Assembly: GCA_903885855.1 (NCBI GenBank)
Contig: CAISKG010000609.1
Coordinates: 1-46,659, forward strand
Direction of reading: 5' to 3'
DNA: 46,659 nucleotides
Source of the DNA: an uncultured Planctomycetaceae bacterium
Lineage (GTDB): Bacteria > Planctomycetota > Planctomycetia > Pirellulales > UBA1268
The position numbers and the translations under genes were made by a program. Below, piece by piece: positions 26,806 to 34,880 of this stretch. The notes beneath the pieces are model-generated. The model searched no databases. It saw nothing but the letters and a program-made list of their open reading frames with translations, and was not told the origin of the DNA. Positions within the stretch are counted from its first letter, which is position 1. Every line of letters begins with the position of its first letter.

Positions 26806-26895
26806 TGAGGCGGCCGCCCCGCCGGGGCGGCGCCGCACCCCGGGAAGGGGTGGCGTTCGGGTGATGGTCGGGTTCACAGCGCGGGAAACGAGACG

Positions 26896-27402
26896 ATGAA
26901 GGTCAACGACGTCAATCAGGGCATCCACAAGCACAAGCGCCGCCTCCGTGTCGGCCGCGGGCCCGGTTCGGGCCGGGGCAAGACCTCGGGCCGCGGCCAC
27001 AAGGGCCAGGGCCAGCTCGCCGGCTGGAGCGCCGCGGGGATCTTCGAGGGGGCGCGGATGCCGATCATCCGCCAGATCCCCAAGCGCGGATTCCACAACC
27101 GCCACGGCCGGATCGTGACCTGCGTGAACGTCCAGGACCTCGACACGGCGTTCGCCGCGGGGGCCGAGGTGACGCCGGCCACCCTCCGCTCGTCGGGGCT
27201 CGCCAAGGGGATCTGGGATTCGGTGAAGATCCTCGGCGACGGCGCGATCACGAAGCCGCTCACCGTCTCGGCCCACCACTTCAGCGCGCAGGCCCGCAGC
27301 AAGATCGAGGCGGCCGGCGGCAAGGCGATCGACCTCCCCGGCCCGGCTCCGGTCGTGAAGAAGCAGAAGAAGGCGGAACGGAGAAAGCCGGCGGCCAATT
27401 GA
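26896..27402 (+). CDS. rplO: 50S ribosomal protein L15
   Basis: RLRVGRGPGSGRGKTSGRGHKGQGQLAG...FEGARMPIIRQIPKRGF, plus synteny. Confidence 0.92.
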   Translation: MKVNDVNQGIHKHKRRLRVGRGPGSGRGKTSGRGHKGQGQLAGWSAAGIFEGARMPIIRQIPKRGFHNRHGRIVTCVNVQDLDTAFAAGAEVTPATLRSSGLAKGIWDSVKILGDGAITKPLTVSAHHFSAQARSKIEAAGGKAIDLPGPAPVVKKQKKAERRKPAAN

Positions 27403-27644
27403 CCACGGGCCGGTCGTCCCCCCGTCGTCCGGGCGTCGAGGCGCCCGCGCGGAGGGAACGGCCGGACGGGTGGATCGCGGCAGGGACCGCCCCGACCACC
27501 CGACGGTGTCCGCGAGCGGAAGGCCCCACATCGGAGTGCCCCTTCCCCGGAGAACCTGGCGAGCGCCGCGATCGACGGTGAACCGGGTGGTTCGGCCGGC
27601 GGGCATGTGACGTCAGGGTGGAGCGGTCAGCAGGAGTCGTTGCC

Positions 27645-29006
27645 GTGCTCGAGAAGCTGCGCATCATCTTCACCATCCCGGAACTGCGTCAGAAGATCCT
27701 CCTGACGCTCGGCCTGCTGGCCATCTACCGCGTCGGCTGGCAGGTGCCGCTGCCGATCATCGATCCGGACGCGATGGCCGCCTTCGGCCGCGAGGCGGGC
27801 GGATTCGCCGACGTTCTCAAGACGGTGGCCGTGTTCTCCGCCAGCCAGTTGTCGCAGGCGACGATCTTCGGCCTGGGCATCATGCCCTACATCTCGGCCT
27901 CCATCATCTTCCAACTCCTCGGCACCGTCTGGCCGCCGCTGGAGCGCCTGACGAAGGAGGGCGAGGCGGGCCGGAAGAAGATCAACGAGTACACCCGCTA
28001 CGCCACGGTGCTCATCTGCCTGGTGCAGAGCTGGGCCTACGTCGCGTTCCTGGCGAACACCGCCGCCGGCGAGAAGCCCCTCATCCAGGCCGGTTTTCTC
28101 GTGGGGGGAAAGCTGCCGTTCATCTGGCAGTTCGTGGCCGTCATGACGATGACGGCGGGCACGATCTTCCTCATGTGGCTGGGGGAGCAGATCGACGAGT
28201 TCGGGATCGGCAACGGCATCAGCCTGCTCATCATGGCCGGCATCCTCGCCGGGATGCCCAGCGCCCTGGTGCAGTTGGCCGGCGACACCAACTGGGAGCT
28301 CGGCGGCGGGGGCGGGAAGATGGGGATCGAGACGATCCTCGTGCTCGTGGCCCTGTTCGTGGGGGTGGTGGCCGGCGTCGTCTTCATGACGCAGGGGCAG
28401 CGGCGCATCCCCACGCAGAGCGCCAAGCACGTGCGCGGGCGGCGCGTCTACGGCGGCACCCGCCAGTACCTTCCCCTGAAGGTCAACCAGGCCGGCGTGA
28501 TGCCGATCATCTTCGCCAGCTCGCTCCTGCTGTTCCCGCAGATGATCTTCCAGTACCTGCACGCCGCGTTCCCGTCGAGTACGGTGCTCGGGGCGCTGCA
28601 GGATTCCTTCACCCGCGGCCAGTCGTTCCTCTACAACGCGCTGTTCGTGGCCCTGATCTACTTCTTCTGCTACTTCTGGACGGCGATCACCTTCAATCCG
28701 AAGGAGGTGGCCGACAACCTCAAGAACTTCGGCGCCTTCATCCCCGGCTACCGGCCCGGCAAGCGCACCGCCGACTACCTGGAGCGCGTGATGGAGCGGA
28801 TCACCTACGTGGGGGCCGGGTTCCTGGCGCTCGTGGCGATCATCCCCACCATCGTGGGCGGGGCGCTGGGGATCCCCGCGCAGATCGCGAGTTTTTACGG
28901 CGGCACCGGGCTCCTCATCGCCGTGAGCGTGGCGTTCGATCTCGTGCAGAAGATCGACAGCCATCTCGTGATGCGGAATTACACCGGCCTTCTCGAGAAG
29001 TCCTGA
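27645..29006 (+). CDS. secY: Preprotein translocase subunit SecY
   Basis: LEKLRIIFTIPELRQKILLTLGLLAIYRVGWQVPLP..., 10 hydrophobic segments and GISLLIMAGI. AGGAG lies 8 nt upstream of GTG 27645 (the track starts earlier, at 27618). Confidence 0.92.
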   Translation: MLEKLRIIFTIPELRQKILLTLGLLAIYRVGWQVPLPIIDPDAMAAFGREAGGFADVLKTVAVFSASQLSQATIFGLGIMPYISASIIFQLLGTVWPPLERLTKEGEAGRKKINEYTRYATVLICLVQSWAYVAFLANTAAGEKPLIQAGFLVGGKLPFIWQFVAVMTMTAGTIFLMWLGEQIDEFGIGNGISLLIMAGILAGMPSALVQLAGDTNWELGGGGGKMGIETILVLVALFVGVVAGVVFMTQGQRRIPTQSAKHVRGRRVYGGTRQYLPLKVNQAGVMPIIFASSLLLFPQMIFQYLHAAFPSSTVLGALQDSFTRGQSFLYNALFVALIYFFCYFWTAITFNPKEVADNLKNFGAFIPGYRPGKRTADYLERVMERITYVGAGFLALVAIIPTIVGGALGIPAQIASFYGGTGLLIAVSVAFDLVQKIDSHLVMRNYTGLLEKS

Positions 29007-29111
29007 GCCGCCCCCGGGCCCGGGCGGGGGCGCGGCGTCGGCGACGCCGGGCATCGTCCGGCGGGCCCCGGCAGCTGTCGCACCCTTCCCACCAGCCAGC
29101 GCGGGTCCGAC

Positions 29112-29687
29112 ATGCGGATCATCCTCATCGGACCGCCGGGAGCCGGGAAGGGGACGCAGTGCCAGCGGTTGGTCGAGCAGCTCAAGGTGCCGCACCTTTC
29201 CACCGGCGAGATGCTCCGGGCCGAGGTGCGCAGCGGCACCGCCGAAGGGCTGCGGGCCGCCTCGTTCATGGAGCAGGGGCATCTCGTCCCCGACTCCATG
29301 ATCCTGGGGATGGTCACCAAGCGGCTGGAGGCCGCTGATTGCCGGGCCGGCTTCCTCCTCGACGGCTTTCCCCGGACGCTGCCGCAGGCCTCCGCCCTCG
29401 ACGAGCTCCTGGAACGCCGCGCGATGAGCGTCGACGGGGTGCTCGAACTCTCGGTGCCCAGCGAGGAGTTGGTTCGGCGGATGCTCGCCCGCCGGCGGGC
29501 GGACGACAATCCCGAGGTTTTCGCCAAGCGGATCGCCAGTTTCGAGGCCCAGACCGCCCCGCTGCTGCACTACTACGACCAGCAGGGAAAACTGGCCACG
29601 ATCGACGGCCTCGGGGACGCCGACGAGGTCTTCGCCCGCGTCCAGCGGGCGCTGGTGCGCTTCGGCCGACGTGCGCCCCGGACCTGA
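29112..29687 (+). CDS. adk: Adenylate kinase (short-LID form, 191 aa)
   Basis: MRIILIGPPGAGKGTQ, GFLLDGFPRT. The LID region is only RRRADDNPEV, with no inserted Zn/CxxC lid. Confidence 0.92.
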   Translation: MRIILIGPPGAGKGTQCQRLVEQLKVPHLSTGEMLRAEVRSGTAEGLRAASFMEQGHLVPDSMILGMVTKRLEAADCRAGFLLDGFPRTLPQASALDELLERRAMSVDGVLELSVPSEELVRRMLARRRADDNPEVFAKRIASFEAQTAPLLHYYDQQGKLATIDGLGDADEVFARVQRALVRFGRRAPRT

Positions 29688-29801
29688 TCGGCGGCCGGGC
29701 GGCCCGGTGGCAGGGCTGCTATAGTTCCCCTCTGCGGCCGCCGGCGCGGCGACGGCTCCCACGGCGGGCGTGGGGCGCGTCGGGTTCGGCACCGGCACGA
29801 G

Positions 29802-30608
29802 GTGTTTCCCGCCGTGGTGAATCTCCGATCCCAGCGTGAGATCGCCCTCATGCGCCGGGCGGGCCTGGTCGTGTGGGGCGCGCATCAAGTGGCCGCGGCG
29901 ATGGTCCGGCCCGGAATCACCACCGGCGAGATCGACGCCGCCGTGGAGGCGTTCTTCGCCCGCAACTCCGCCGTGCCGCTGTTCAAGGGCGTGCCGGGGA
30001 AGGTGCCGTTCCCGGCGGTGTGCTGCATCTCGGTCAACGACGAGGTCGTGCACGGCATCCCAGGCCCGCGCGTGCTGCGGTCCGGCGACGTGGTCAGCAT
30101 CGACACCGGCTGCAGCGTGGGGGGCTGGTGCGGCGACTCGGCCCGCACGCATCCCGTGGGCGAGATCTCGGAGGATGCCCGTCGCCTGCTCGAGTGCACC
30201 AGCGGCGTGCTCGACCTGGCGATCGACCTGATGGGAAAGCGGAGCCGCTGGAGCGACGTGGCGACGGAGATGGCGACGTTCGTCCGCGACCGCGGCTTCT
30301 CGGTCGTCGAGAACTTCGTCGGCCACGGCATCGGTCGGAAGATGCACGAGGACCCGCAGGTTCCCAACTACTGCTCGCCGGCCTTCCGGCGCAACTACGA
30401 TTTCGAGCTCGAGACCGGCCTGGTGATCGCGGTCGAGCCGATGGTCAACATGGGCACCAAGAAGGTCCGGCTCATGCCCGACCATTGGACGCAGTCCACC
30501 GTGGACGGCCTGCCGAGTGCCCATTTCGAGCACACCATCGCGATCACCGAGGAGGGCCCGGAGGTGCTGACGCGCGGTCCCGACGCGGGCGAATCGGCGC
30601 CCGTGTGA
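29802..30608 (+). CDS. map: Type I methionine aminopeptidase
   Basis: VCCISVNDEVVHGIP, GDVVSIDTG...GWCGDSART, FVGHGIGRKMHEDPQV, IAVEPMV, HFEHTIAI (metal ligands). The start could be GTG 29802, 29814 or 29817. Confidence 0.9.
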   Translation: MFPAVVNLRSQREIALMRRAGLVVWGAHQVAAAMVRPGITTGEIDAAVEAFFARNSAVPLFKGVPGKVPFPAVCCISVNDEVVHGIPGPRVLRSGDVVSIDTGCSVGGWCGDSARTHPVGEISEDARRLLECTSGVLDLAIDLMGKRSRWSDVATEMATFVRDRGFSVVENFVGHGIGRKMHEDPQVPNYCSPAFRRNYDFELETGLVIAVEPMVNMGTKKVRLMPDHWTQSTVDGLPSAHFEHTIAITEEGPEVLTRGPDAGESAPV

Positions 30609-30752
30609 CCCCCCCGGGGCGCCGGGGGGGATCCGGCCCGGGCACGGCCGTGACGCGGGCCGGGCGGGGCGTTTTTCCGTCCCGCCGGGGCGGTCCCGCC
30701 CGCGGCGGCGGCCCCCCGGAGGGCTCGCTTGCCCGGTTTCGCCGGCCACCCC

Positions 30753-30782
30753 TTGTGGTTGGGGGGGCGCTGTACCTATAGT
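30753..30782 (+). promoter_or_regulatory. Sigma-70-like promoter upstream of rpmJ
   Basis: TTGTGG (30753-30758), an 18-nt spacer, then TATAGT (30777-30782), 70 nt upstream of rpmJ. Confidence 0.4.
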
Positions 30783-30851
30783 TTAGGACTTTCCGAACGA
30801 CTCCCAGTGTCCCCGTTGAAGGCGTAGGCGGCCGCCGCCACGAACGCACGC

Positions 30852-30965
30852 ATGAAGGTCCGCGCCAGCGTCCGTCGCATCTGCGACAAGTGCAAGATCG
30901 TTCGTCGTCGTGGCGTGGTCTTCGTCGTCTGCGAGGATCCGCGCCACAAGCAGCGGCAGGGGTGA
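30852..30965 (+). CDS. rpmJ: 50S ribosomal protein L36 (zinc-type), absent from the ORF track
   Basis: Hand translation gives [37 protein letters not shown], with CxxC...C...H. Stop TGA at 30963-30965. Confidence 0.93.
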   Translation: MKVRASVRRICDKCKIVRRRGVVFVVCEDPRHKQRQG

Positions 30966-31098
30966 CGGTCGGAAGACGCGCCGCCGGGCACGGCTCCCTG
31001 CCTCCCGGTGGCGGTCGCTCGCCGCTCCGCATCGTCCGGTCGCCGCCTCTCCGGGGCGGGCCGGAGGTCGGTGCGGCGCCGCAGCGGCATTCACCAGG

Positions 31099-31142
31099 GC
31101 GCGGTTCCGGGGCGCGATTCCCCGGAGCGCGATTCTCCGGGA
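31099..31142 (+). repeat. Three tandem copies of a 14-16-nt unit in the rpmJ-rpsM spacer
   Basis: GCGCGGTTCCGGGG / GCGCGATTCCCCGGA / GCGCGATTCTCCGGGA, head to tail. Confidence 0.6.
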
Positions 31143-31246
31143 CTGCAATCCCGGCGGTGTCGCGGATCGAATTCACGTTCCCCGTTCGAGTCAGTCCGTT
31201 CCCAGCGACCGCTGCCAGACAGCGAAGCCCACAGAGATCCCCTCCC

Positions 31247-31630
31247 ATGCCTCGTCTCCTCGGCGTCGACATTCCGTCGGAGAAGAAGACCTTCTACTCC
31301 CTCCAGTACCTCTACGGCGTCGGTCCGCGGATCGCGCGGGAGCTGTGCCACAAGGCTGGGGTCGATCCCGAGGGGCTGGCGCGGAATCTCCATGAGGACG
31401 AACTGGCCCGGCTGGCGGCGCTGATGGACAAGGACTACGTCGTCGAGGGGCAGCTGCGGCGGCAGGTGGCCCAGAACGTGTCGCGTCTCAAGGACATCGG
31501 CAGCTACCGCGGCCTGCGGCACCGGCGCGGGCTTCCCGTCCGCGGGCAGCGCACCCGTACCAACGCCCGCACCCGCAAGGGGCCCAAGAAGACGGTCGCC
31601 GGCAAGAAGGGCGTGAAGGATCTCAAGTGA
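31247..31630 (+). CDS. rpsM: 30S ribosomal protein S13
   Basis: MPRLLGVDIPSEKKTFYSLQYLYGVGPRIARELC...IGSYRGLRHRRGLPVRGQRTRTNARTRKGPKK. Confidence 0.95.
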   Translation: MPRLLGVDIPSEKKTFYSLQYLYGVGPRIARELCHKAGVDPEGLARNLHEDELARLAALMDKDYVVEGQLRRQVAQNVSRLKDIGSYRGLRHRRGLPVRGQRTRTNARTRKGPKKTVAGKKGVKDLK

Positions 31631-31717
31631 TCGTGACGGCGGCGGGCGCGCGGCCGCGATGACGGCCGCTGTCGCGGTGTCGGGGAACTCGGAGCACCAT
31701 CCCGGAAAGCAGGATTC

Positions 31718-32095
31718 ATGTCGAAGGTAGCCAAGACCAAGAAGAAGAGCGTGTCGGCGGGGATCGCCTACATCACCGCCAGCTTCAACAACACCACCGT
31801 CACCATCACCGACACCAAGGGCGACACCCTCTGTTGGGCCAGCGGCGGCACGTGCGGCTTCAAGGGGAGCCGCAAGGGGACGCCGTTCGCCGGCCAGTGT
31901 GCCGCCCAGCAGGCGGCCGAGAAGGCGGCGAAGTTCGGCGTCAAGGATCTCGAGGTCCGCGTCCGCGGCCCGGGCGGCGGCCGCGAGAGCGCGATCACCG
32001 CCCTGCAGGCCGCTGGCATGAACGTCAAGAGCATCGAGGACATCACCCCGCTGCCGCACAACGGCTGCCGTCCGCCGAAGAAGCGCCGCGTCTGA
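31718..32095 (+). CDS. rpsK: 30S ribosomal protein S11
   Basis: [46 protein letters not shown]...[24 protein letters not shown]...[17 protein letters not shown]. Confidence 0.95.
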   Translation: MSKVAKTKKKSVSAGIAYITASFNNTTVTITDTKGDTLCWASGGTCGFKGSRKGTPFAGQCAAQQAAEKAAKFGVKDLEVRVRGPGGGRESAITALQAAGMNVKSIEDITPLPHNGCRPPKKRRV

Positions 32096-32188
32096 TCCCC
32101 CCCCGGCCCCGCCGGACCCCGTCCACCCACCGAACCCCCTCCGTGCCCGCGGGCGCGGGGAGCCACCCGAGAACGAGAACCGGAATCC

Positions 32189-32815
32189 ATGGGACGCATC
32201 ACCGGACCTGTCTGCCGCCTCTGCCGTCGCGACGGCCTCAAACTGTTCCTCAAGGGCAGCCGGTGCGACACCGGCAAGTGCGCCTTCGAGCGGCGCAGCA
32301 CCCCGCCGGGCATGGTGCAGAAGCGGCGTGGCAAGCCGACGGAGTACGGCATCCATCTGCGCGAGAAGCAGAAGGTGAAGCACTTCTACGGCGTCCTCGA
32401 GCGGCAGTTCCGCACCTACTTCGCCCGCGCCGAGCGCGGCAAGGGGAACACCGGCGAGACGCTGATGTCGCTCCTCGAGCGGCGCCTCGACAACATCATC
32501 CACCGCGTCGGATTCGCCACCTCCCGGGCCGCCGCGCGGCAGATGGTGCTTCACGGCCACATCACGATCAACGGCCGCCGCGTCGACGTGCCGAGTTATC
32601 TCGTGCGGGCCGGCGACCTGATCCGCGTCAAGAACCGCACCAAGAGCCTCCAGCTCGTTCACGCCGCGATGTCGTCGCACCGGCGCGAGGTTCCCGACTT
32701 CCTGTCGCGTTCCGACGCCGGCGTGCCGGAGGTGCGGGTCGACCGTCTTCCCTCCGCCGACGACGTCTCGATCCCGGTGCAGGCGAACCTGATCATCGAG
32801 TTGTGCTCGAAGTGA
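32189..32815 (+). CDS. rpsD: 30S ribosomal protein S4
   Basis: MGRITGPVCRLCRRDGLKLFLKGSRC...YGIHLREKQKVKHFYGVLERQFR...LERRLDNIIHRVGFATSRAAARQMVLHGHITINGRRVDVPSY. Confidence 0.95.
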   Translation: MGRITGPVCRLCRRDGLKLFLKGSRCDTGKCAFERRSTPPGMVQKRRGKPTEYGIHLREKQKVKHFYGVLERQFRTYFARAERGKGNTGETLMSLLERRLDNIIHRVGFATSRAAARQMVLHGHITINGRRVDVPSYLVRAGDLIRVKNRTKSLQLVHAAMSSHRREVPDFLSRSDAGVPEVRVDRLPSADDVSIPVQANLIIELCSK

Positions 32816-32828
32816 CGGTGCGACTGCC

Positions 32829-32896
32829 GCCCTCCGCTCCTCCGCTTTCGCTTTCGCCTCCGCTTTCGCCTCCGCCTCCGCTTCCGCCCCTCCCGC
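32829..32896 (+). repeat. Pyrimidine-only hexamer-type repeat (GCYTYC) with six CCTCC motifs
   Basis: CCCTCCGCTCCTCCGCTTTCGCTTTCGCCTCCGCTTTCGCCTCCGCCTCCGCTTCCGCCCCTCCC in the rpsD-rpoA spacer. CCTCC occurs at 32831, 32839, 32857, 32869, 32875 and 32889. Confidence 0.7.
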
Positions 32897-32957
32897 ACGA
32901 ACTGCTCCCCGGCGCCGCGTCGCGATCCGCCGCCGGGCCCAACGCAAGGAGACTCGC

Positions 32958-33938
32958 ATGCACATCCGCTGGCGTGGACTCGAACTCCCGGGCTCGGTGA
33001 CGACCGACGCCAAGTCGCTCACGTCGACGTACGGCAAGTTCGTGGCGGAGCCGTTCGAGCGCGGCTTCGGCACCACCGTGGGCAACAGCCTGCGCCGCGT
33101 CCTGCTGTCGAGCCTCGAGGGCAGTGCCGTCACCCAGATCAAGGTCGGCAGCGCGCTGCACGAGTTCACCACGATCCAAGGGGTGCAGGAGGACGTCACC
33201 GACATCGTGCTGGCCGTGAAGAGCCTGGTGGTGAAGAACCACAGCGATTCGACGCGCGTGATCCGCGTGGAGAAGAGCACCAAGGGCCCCGTCACCGGCG
33301 CCGACATCCAGACCGACGAAGCCGTCGAGGTGGTCAACAAGGATCTCGTCCTGGCCACGCTCACCGACGACGTGCCCTTCGAGCTGGAGATGGTGGTCGA
33401 GAACGGCCGCGGCTACGTTCCGGCCAGCGAGCACAGCCCCGACGCCCAGGAAATCGGCATCATCCCGGTGGATGCGGTGTTCAGCCCGGTGACCCGCGTC
33501 CGCTACGAGGTCGAGGAGACCCGCGTCGGCCAGAAGACGAACTACGACAAGCTGACGATGGAGATTTGGACCGACGGCACCGTGACGCCCGAGATGGCGC
33601 TCGTGGAAGCGGCCAAGATTCTCCGCAAGCACCTCAATCCCTTCGTCGGGTACACGCAGCAGGGCCCGGCCGTCAGCCTGCCCCCGGTCATCGACTGGAC
33701 CAAGCTCAAGCCGGGCCGCGATACGGTCCTGGGCTGGGATGTCCAGCAGCTGGAGTTGTCGGTGCGCGCCCAGAACTGCCTCGTGGCCGCGGGGATTCGC
33801 AAGGTGTCCGACCTCGTGGCCCTCACCCGCGAGCAGGTGCTCGAGATGCGCAACGCCGGCGACCAGACGGCCGAGGAGATCGAGGCCAAGCTCGCCGAAC
33901 ACGACCTCAAACTGGGGATGTCGCCGGTGGAGGCCTGA
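32958..33938 (+). CDS. rpoA: DNA-directed RNA polymerase subunit alpha
   Basis: GKFVAEPFERGFGTTVGNSLRRVLLSSLEGSAVT...; C-terminal domain LELSVRAQNCLVAAGIRKVSDLVALTREQVLEMRNAG. AAGGAG lies 6 nt upstream of the ATG. Confidence 0.95.
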   Translation: MHIRWRGLELPGSVTTDAKSLTSTYGKFVAEPFERGFGTTVGNSLRRVLLSSLEGSAVTQIKVGSALHEFTTIQGVQEDVTDIVLAVKSLVVKNHSDSTRVIRVEKSTKGPVTGADIQTDEAVEVVNKDLVLATLTDDVPFELEMVVENGRGYVPASEHSPDAQEIGIIPVDAVFSPVTRVRYEVEETRVGQKTNYDKLTMEIWTDGTVTPEMALVEAAKILRKHLNPFVGYTQQGPAVSLPPVIDWTKLKPGRDTVLGWDVQQLELSVRAQNCLVAAGIRKVSDLVALTREQVLEMRNAGDQTAEEIEAKLAEHDLKLGMSPVEA

Positions 33939-33998
33939 TCGCCCCCCCGCCACCGTCCCCGTCCCCGCCGCTTTCGTCCATTTCCGAGGATCATTTCC

Positions 33999-34592
33999 AT
34001 GCGTCATCGTCGCAAAGGCCGCGTGCTCGGCCGCAGCCCCGCCCACCAGAGGGCTCTCCTGCGCAATCTCGCCGCCGCCTTGATGCTCACCGAACGCGAC
34101 ACCGAGGCCGACGAGCCGGGCGCGCCGAAGGTCGCGGGGCGGATCATCACGACGGTGGCCAAGGCGAAGGAGGTGCGGCCCCTCGTGGAACGCTGCATCA
34201 CGATCGCCAAGCGCGGCTTGGCCTCGGCCGAGAAGGCCAAGCCCTTCGCCTCGACCGCGGCGCGCGATTCCGACGCCTGGAAGCGGTGGCGCGAGAGCGA
34301 GCAGTGGCGGCAGTGGGCGCAGGCGGTGGCGCCGGCCGTGACCGCCCGTCGGCGCGTGATCCGGCTGCTGGGCGACAAGAAGGCGGCCCGGATCGTCTTC
34401 GAGAAGATCGCCCCCCGATTCGCCGACCGTCCCGGTGGCTACACCCGGATCTTCAAGCTCGCCACGCCCCGGTTGGGCGACGCCGGTCCGCGGGCCGTGC
34501 TGGAATTCGTCGGGAGCGGCCCGCGGGTGGAAGGGGGCTCCGCCCCCAAGGTCCAGGCCCGTCGCCCCTCCCGCGGGGCGGGGACGACCTGA
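33999..34592 (+). CDS. rplQ: 50S ribosomal protein L17 (with internal insertion and C-terminal tail, 197 aa)
   Basis: MRHRRKGRVLGRSPAHQRALLRNLAAAL...PRFADRPGGYTRIFKLATPRLGDAGPRAVLEFV. Confidence 0.92.
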   Translation: MRHRRKGRVLGRSPAHQRALLRNLAAALMLTERDTEADEPGAPKVAGRIITTVAKAKEVRPLVERCITIAKRGLASAEKAKPFASTAARDSDAWKRWRESEQWRQWAQAVAPAVTARRRVIRLLGDKKAARIVFEKIAPRFADRPGGYTRIFKLATPRLGDAGPRAVLEFVGSGPRVEGGSAPKVQARRPSRGAGTT

Positions 34593-34680
34593 GCCGGGCG
34601 ATCCGGGCGGCCTGACGACGCCTCCGGGGGCGGGATCGCCCTCGGCGACCGGCCCGGCCCCGCCGCGTTCGTGCGCGGCG

Positions 34681-34710
34681 TTGGATCGGCGGCCCTTCCG
34701 CGTGTATGAT
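34681..34710 (+). promoter_or_regulatory. Sigma-70-like promoter upstream of the DUF1549/DUF1553 gene
   Basis: TTGGAT (34681-34686), an 18-nt spacer, then TATGAT (34705-34710), 170 nt upstream of ATG 34881. Confidence 0.35.
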
Positions 34711-34880
34711 TTCCGGCGAGCCCTCCGTCGGGCCGCCGTGAAGCGAGGGGCAACGCTCGCGGCGGACGTCGGCCGGTGCTTTCGCCGCCCCGCGCCACTC
34801 GGCTTTCGATCGCGCCGAGCCTGGGGAGGCGCGAGCCACGGTCCGGCGACACGCTCCGCGGCAGGAAGCCGGACAGACCG

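Noticed and set aside
27627-30749. Giant antisense ORFs: 1040 aa here, plus 32793..37013 (1406 aa), 37803..41279 (1158 aa), 41533..44115 (860 aa), 25228..27606, 31091..33364, 8903..11080, 4195..6312, 43874..45925 and 10809..12782
   Set aside because: Their products are Arg/Gly/Pro/His-rich low-complexity sequences lying exactly opposite well-recognised genes (secY, rpoA, speA, pckA and others). The absence of stop codons is what very GC-rich DNA produces. There is no independent coding evidence.
30609-30851. Possible hidden infA (IF1) in the map-rpmJ spacer, its usual position
   Set aside because: I translated all three + frames by eye. None resembles IF1, and the space holds at most about 80 codons of Gly/Arg/Pro junk. 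The region instead contains a hairpin and a promoter-like element.
31099-31142. Short tandem repeats here and at 32829-32896 as a CRISPR array or mini-satellite mobile element
   Set aside because: The units are 6-16 nt and directly abutting, with no spacers. There are no cas genes and no terminal inverted repeats or transposase. They are simple intergenic repeats.
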